Below, piece by piece: positions 59,735-64,000 of a stretch of 64,000 nt of DNA. Numbering within the stretch: the stretch's first letter is position 1; every line of letters begins with the position of its first letter. Below the pieces are notes generated by a model. That model ran no database searches. It worked only from the letters and a program-made list of their open reading frames with translations, and was not told the DNA's origin. The translations under genes and the position numbers were made by a program. This stretch comes from Acidobacteriota bacterium (GTDB lineage: Bacteria > Acidobacteriota > UBA6911 > RPQK01 > JAJDTT01). The stretch covers positions 961,263 to 1,025,262 of the forward strand of contig CBDCLS010000005.1 of assembly GCA_965218775.1 (NCBI GenBank), in the 5' to 3' direction.

Positions 59735-60838
59735 ATGCTTGAAATAGTCGGCGAAGGTGTTTTGTCCCGGGATGCGAGTAGAGGTGCATACTTCCCATCG
59801 GTTGCGATGTTGCCTGACCGTACCCTTCTGGCTAGCCAACACGTAGGAAGTGGTCTGTGCTCACCCGACGATCGGATCGAGGTGCTGCGATCATCGGACG
59901 GAGGATCCAGCTGGGTCAATGAAGGAAGCATTCATGGTGGGATCCCTGACGATGGTTGGTCCTACCGTGTTCCTGTGATCACCGAAGTTCCAGACGGATC
60001 CTTGATCATGGCGGCGACTCGCTATCGTCTCGACAACGAGGAAATGTACAATCCCATTAGTGAAGGTCTCAAGCCGGCTCAGATGATTCTCTACCGCTCT
60101 AGTGATCAGGGGATCTCCTGGGCGGGACCGGAGGTGATTCCGAACCCTCTTCCCCCCGACCGTTATGTTTGCAGCCTCTCCGGGCGGATCCTGCTGCTGT
60201 CGCCGCAGCGCTGGATGTATCCCTTCGAGACCTGGAAGCCGGACGGCTACGAGGGGCCGGTCGATCAGAAGGCGGGTGCGATCTTCTCCAGCGACCAGGG
60301 TACGACCTGGGGAGAAATGGCAGTCGTCGCCGATGACCCCGAGGAGCATTACCACTACGGCGACCAGATGCCCTCCCTATTGCCCGATGGGCGGATCTAC
60401 ACCCTGATCTGGACACGTACCTGGGGCACAAACGAGGATCGCGACGTGCGCAATAGGTGGGTGGTCTCCGAGGACCAGGGACGGACCTGGTCCAAGCCGC
60501 AACCAACCAATCTCCGAGGCCAGCTCTGCGCCCCGATTCCGCTTTCTGATGGCAGGGTTGCCGCCATCTACAACTATCGTCACGAACCCCAGGGAGTCCA
60601 CGTTGCCCTAACCGAGGACCTCGCAACCTTCGATACTGATAACGAGGTCGTAGTCTTCAGCGCCGGCCGCGAAACCATGGTGGGCCAGGCCGTGGACGAC
60701 TTCATCGACAAACATCAGAAGATCGCCTTCGGAAGGCCGTGGGGAAAGCAACTCCCGGACGGTGATCTACTGGTTTACTTCTGGTGTACCCTGAAAGAAA
60801 TCACCCACACCCGCTGGGTACGGCTGCGCTTGACGTAA
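59735..60838 (+). CDS. BNR-repeat (Asp-box) sialidase/exo-alpha-sialidase-like beta-propeller protein
   Basis: Four S-x-D-x-G-x-T-W Asp-boxes: SSDGGSSW, SSDQGISW, SSDQGTTW, SEDQGRTW. Confidence 0.75.
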   Translation: MLEIVGEGVLSRDASRGAYFPSVAMLPDRTLLASQHVGSGLCSPDDRIEVLRSSDGGSSWVNEGSIHGGIPDDGWSYRVPVITEVPDGSLIMAATRYRLDNEEMYNPISEGLKPAQMILYRSSDQGISWAGPEVIPNPLPPDRYVCSLSGRILLLSPQRWMYPFETWKPDGYEGPVDQKAGAIFSSDQGTTWGEMAVVADDPEEHYHYGDQMPSLLPDGRIYTLIWTRTWGTNEDRDVRNRWVVSEDQGRTWSKPQPTNLRGQLCAPIPLSDGRVAAIYNYRHEPQGVHVALTEDLATFDTDNEVVVFSAGRETMVGQAVDDFIDKHQKIAFGRPWGKQLPDGDLLVYFWCTLKEITHTRWVRLRLT

Positions 60839-60907
60839 TCGTCCCCTGCCAAGCGTTTTTTTCCCTTGACGACAAAAGAATCAGCTCCCTCTTGAAGCGA
60901 GTCACTA

Positions 60908-61084
60908 GCCCGCATTTCTCATCGCTGGTCTGCTGCGTCGCCGCAATCATCCGCCCTGGCTGCGTTACGCTCCGTCGGCCTCCTCGACGTACTGCACGAG
61001 TACGACTGCGGGGGCCTCGGTCGCAAGCCTTGTCAGGACGGTCCTTGCGGCGCCTCGCTACGACAAGCGATGAGAAATCCGAGC
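60908..61084. repeat. MITE family B, full copy 2 (177 bp)
   Basis: gcccgcatttctcatcgctggtc...gacaagcgatgagaaatccgagc; ~85% identical to copy 1 over its length, same orientation. Confidence 0.75.
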
Positions 61085-61267
61085 TAGATTTCTGTCCCAG
61101 GTGCTGTGACCCGATAGGATAGACGACTATCCGAATGCGTAGGCCTCGCACCGAACTCATGTCAGTTCATCGTCTGGATTCGGAGCGGTGGATTGTCCCC
61201 TGCTTTCATGTATCTATCTAACAATAAATTACTTAAGTGGATTAGATAGGAAGACTCGGGATCTGGC

Positions 61268-61510
61268 ATGACGATTGCCCTGAGGATTGGTATGAATGCC
61301 CTAAACGCCAGATCAGACATCGAGAACATGCGTCGAGGTAAGATTGATCTATTGCTAGGAGTCGTGGCATACGGAATTCTGCTGTCGGCCGTGTTCTTAC
61401 CGCAGACCTTCGTCGCCTATCCGACGATGGCCTTCGACTGGATCCGAGAGTGCCTGCTGGAAAGTGCCGAGCTTTCCCTCCAGTTCGACGTTGGGCTGAG
61501 AGGATTCTGA
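61268..61510 (+). CDS. Small ORF (80 aa) with one TM helix in an AT-richer intergenic stretch; speculative
   Basis: MTIALRIGMNALNARSDIENMRRGKIDLLLGVVAYGILLSAVFLPQTF... Weak SD, no recognisable motif. Confidence 0.15.
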   Translation: MTIALRIGMNALNARSDIENMRRGKIDLLLGVVAYGILLSAVFLPQTFVAYPTMAFDWIRECLLESAELSLQFDVGLRGF

Positions 61511-61605
61511 GTTGCAGGCGATGAGACTCTTCAGGATTCTCGCCCTCTGAGTTCCGAGTGCCCCCCGTTGAAATTGCTCGTAGAGTTATTCGTTCGGCGA
61601 AAGAG

Positions 61606-64000
61606 GAGCTTCTGATGATATCCCTTGTGGTCTTTCTCCTGGTCGTGCTCGTACTCATTGCTCTGAGCAAGTCGGTAGAGGCGACGAAACGGATCAAGGC
61701 CCTCGAGCGCAGAGTCAGAGAGCTCTCGAGTAGCCTCTCGGCGATGAGAGAGGCGGTTTCCAGGAGTGAGGATACTCGGCCTGCTGGCTCGTCTGTTGGG
61801 GTCGAGGCCCGCACAGCGGCAACAGCGGAATCAGCGACACCCACGCCGAGCAAGGCAGCTGAAGCTGTGCCAGCACCGCTTTCTACTTCTCCTGAGATGC
61901 CGATGACGGTGCTTTCACAGACCGAGCCGGATCTCCCCGCCGCGGCTCCGCCTCCGGTCGTGCCGAGAAGGCCGGTCGTCGCGGCAACCGGACCAGCTGC
62001 GAAGCGGGCCATAGACTGGGAACAGTTCGCGGGTACCCGCCTCTTTGGCTGGATCGGCGGATTAGCCCTCTTTCTGGGAGTGGCCTTCCTTCTGAAATAC
62101 TCCTTCGAGCAGGGCCTGATCAGTCCGATCCTCCGCGTGGTGGGCGGTTTCGCGCTCGGCATGGGAGCGATCCTGGGCGGCTTCCGAGTCCGTCGCTCCG
62201 GCTACCCCATCACCGCCCATACGCTCTGTGCGGTCGGTCCTGCGATTCTGTTCGTCGACATCTATGGCGCTTACGATTTCTACGGCTTCATTGGAGCCGG
62301 TTCCGCTTTTCTGTTGATGGTCATCGTCACTGCCGGATCCTTTTGGCTGGCGGTAGATCTGGATTCCCGTTATGTGGCTGTCCTGGGCCTCATGGGAGGG
62401 TTCCTGACGCCGTTGCTTTCGACCGGAAGTGCCGATCCGCTGAAGCTTTTCGGCTATCTGGCGCTCTTGAATATCGGTCTGGCGCTGATCGCCCTGAGAA
62501 AGAGGTGGGGATTTCTGGTAGCAGTTTCCGCCCTCGTAACGGGATGTTTCATGTTGGGATGGGTTGCTGCCTACTTCGTGGTCTCAAAGGCCCTCACTGT
62601 CGTCATCCTCTTTGGCATCCTTTCCATACTGTTCGCTGCCTTCGGAATCGTCGGAGAGAGGTGGGGATGCTCCGACGGTAGTGTCCGGTTCGGGGCAGCT
62701 TGCATCCCATTTTTCTCAATACTCTTCGTCTGGCATCTCTTTTCCTTCCCAGCATTGGCCCGAAGTCCCGGTCTCATCCATCCCTTCCTCTTTGTCCTTA
62801 ATGTCGTGTTTTGCGTCCTGCTGTGGTTCAGCCGGCGTTTTCATCCCTGGTATCTGATAGCGTCGGGGACCACCTTCCTGCTGTTACTGGTATGGACGCT
62901 GGAGTATCTGACCGAAGATGGGTTGGTCTGGGGACTGGCTGCCTACCTGTTCTTTGGGCTTCTTCATGCCGGCTTTTCGGTAGTCCTGCAGCGGGTCCGG
63001 CCTGCTGTTGATCTGCAGTCAGGGGGACATATCTACCCCATCTTGATGCTCGTTCTGGTCTTGGGGATGGTGCTGAATAGTGTCCGAATCCCCTCCCTGG
63101 TTTGGCCGTCCCTATTTGCGATTGACGCTATTGCCGTAGCGGCCGCCCTCGCGGTTGGGATTACCTGGTTGTCGATACTCGCGTTGGCCCTGACGATGGG
63201 AACGGTCTGGATCGGGTTTCTAAGGCTGACGACGGCATCGGATCTTCACGAACTGCTCCTCGTCATCACGATCTTCGCAGCGGCCTTCTTTGTCACAGGT
63301 CTCTTCTTGGAGAGGCGCGATTCGGAGCAGGAACAGGGTCCCCCGAGTTGGAGTTCCGATTCCTTCTGGTCAGATCAGATCGCCAATCTACTACGTTTGC
63401 CAGTCCTTTCAGCCTTGCTTCCGCTCCTGCTGCTGAGTGTCGCCTGTATCCAGATCCAGCTTCCCGACCCGTCCTTGATCTTCGGTGTGGGACTGGTGTT
63501 GATCCTCTTCCTGCTGTCATTGGTGGTGGTGTTCAAGTTGGACATACTGGTACTGGCGTCTCTGATAGGCTCCGCATATTTGCTCCTTTCCTGGCACGGA
63601 ACCAGCTTCAGTCCGGAGCAACCTCTGCTGGCGCTGGCCTGGTATGTGGCTTTTCTGGTGATCTTCTTCCTCTTCCCTTTCGCCTTCGAGAAAGTGATGC
63701 TGGATCGTCCTCTGCCCTGGATTGGGGCGGCCCTCTCAGGCCCGGTGTACTTCTATCTTATATACGTGGCGGTGTCCCAGCTGCTGGGAGACGCCCTGAT
63801 CGGTTTGCTTCCTGCCGTCATTGCGGGGTGCTATTGGGTGGGGCTTGGTCGGCTGGTGGATCTTGTCCCCAAGGAGGACTGGATCAAGCGGTCCGAGGTA
63901 GCGTTCTTTGGTGGTGTCACACTCTTTTTCGTCAGTCTGATTCTTCCGCTGCAGTTCGATAAGGAGTGGCTGACCATCGGGTGGGCCATCGAAGGTGTAG
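61606..64000 (+). CDS. 3'-partial polytopic membrane protein, DUF2339-like (N-terminal TM + coiled coil, then many TM helices); runs off the window end
   Basis: By hand translation, frame 1 from ATG 61606 is open to position 64000 (~798 codons): MISLVVFLLVVLVLIALSKSVEATKRIKALERRVRELSSSL..., then a PA-rich linker and more than 12 hydrophobic segments. It is absent from the ORF track only because there is no in-window stop. The antisense ORF 61242-62162 is spurious. Confidence 0.5.

Noticed and set aside
1-64000. Searched for tRNA/rRNA/tmRNA signatures (GTTCGAATC / GGTTCGATTCC T-loop boxes, 16S/23S conserved blocks) and for toxin-antitoxin-like small gene pairs or restriction-modification motifs.
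   Set aside because: None found by eye. Absence is not proof; tRNAscan/Infernal and defence-system HMM scans would be needed to confirm.

Overview
This is a high-GC (~60-62%) bacterial chromosomal window. Several markers fit Acidobacteria: a VWFA-type secreted protein, a CarboxypepD_reg/TonB-dependent outer-membrane protein, and a PVC-type CxxCH heme-binding protein with HEAT repeats.

Most of the window is housekeeping and catabolic genes: lepA, hemW, a LOG-family gene, lpxC, amiC-like, rph-rdgB, queC, pdxH, recQ, nagA, pcm, ggt, a D-aminoacylase, four amidohydrolase-2 paralogs, FAH, a Rieske protein, and an attFGH-like ABC/lipocalin operon.

The most interesting signals are structural:
- Two IS elements. 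A ~2.1-kb IS with 19-bp TIRs lies at 676-2783. A 1474-bp IS4-family element sits at 47670-49143 with an 8-bp target duplication; it splits an Fkp-like bifunctional sugar-kinase/nucleotidyltransferase gene that can be cleanly reconstructed.
- A ~100-bp REP-like palindromic element family (four full and two half copies) with compensatory stem mutations.
- A ~180-bp MITE-like element with 23-bp TIRs (two full copies, one deletion derivative, one fragment), concentrated in a repeat-rich, gene-poor stretch at 50.8-52.7 kb.
- Two loci of (GGCAAG/GGCACG)n hexamer microsatellites, one forming a long imperfect palindrome.
- A poly-G frameshift in hemW.
- Three paralogous secreted beta-propeller glycoside-hydrolase-like proteins of unassigned family, clustered with ggt, a D-aminoacylase and an (alpha/alpha)6-barrel protein.
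- An orphan low-GC membrane-anchored gene (41118-42005).

No CRISPR array, tRNA or rRNA was seen, and no canonical defence system (RM, TA, CBASS and the like) could be supported from sequence alone.
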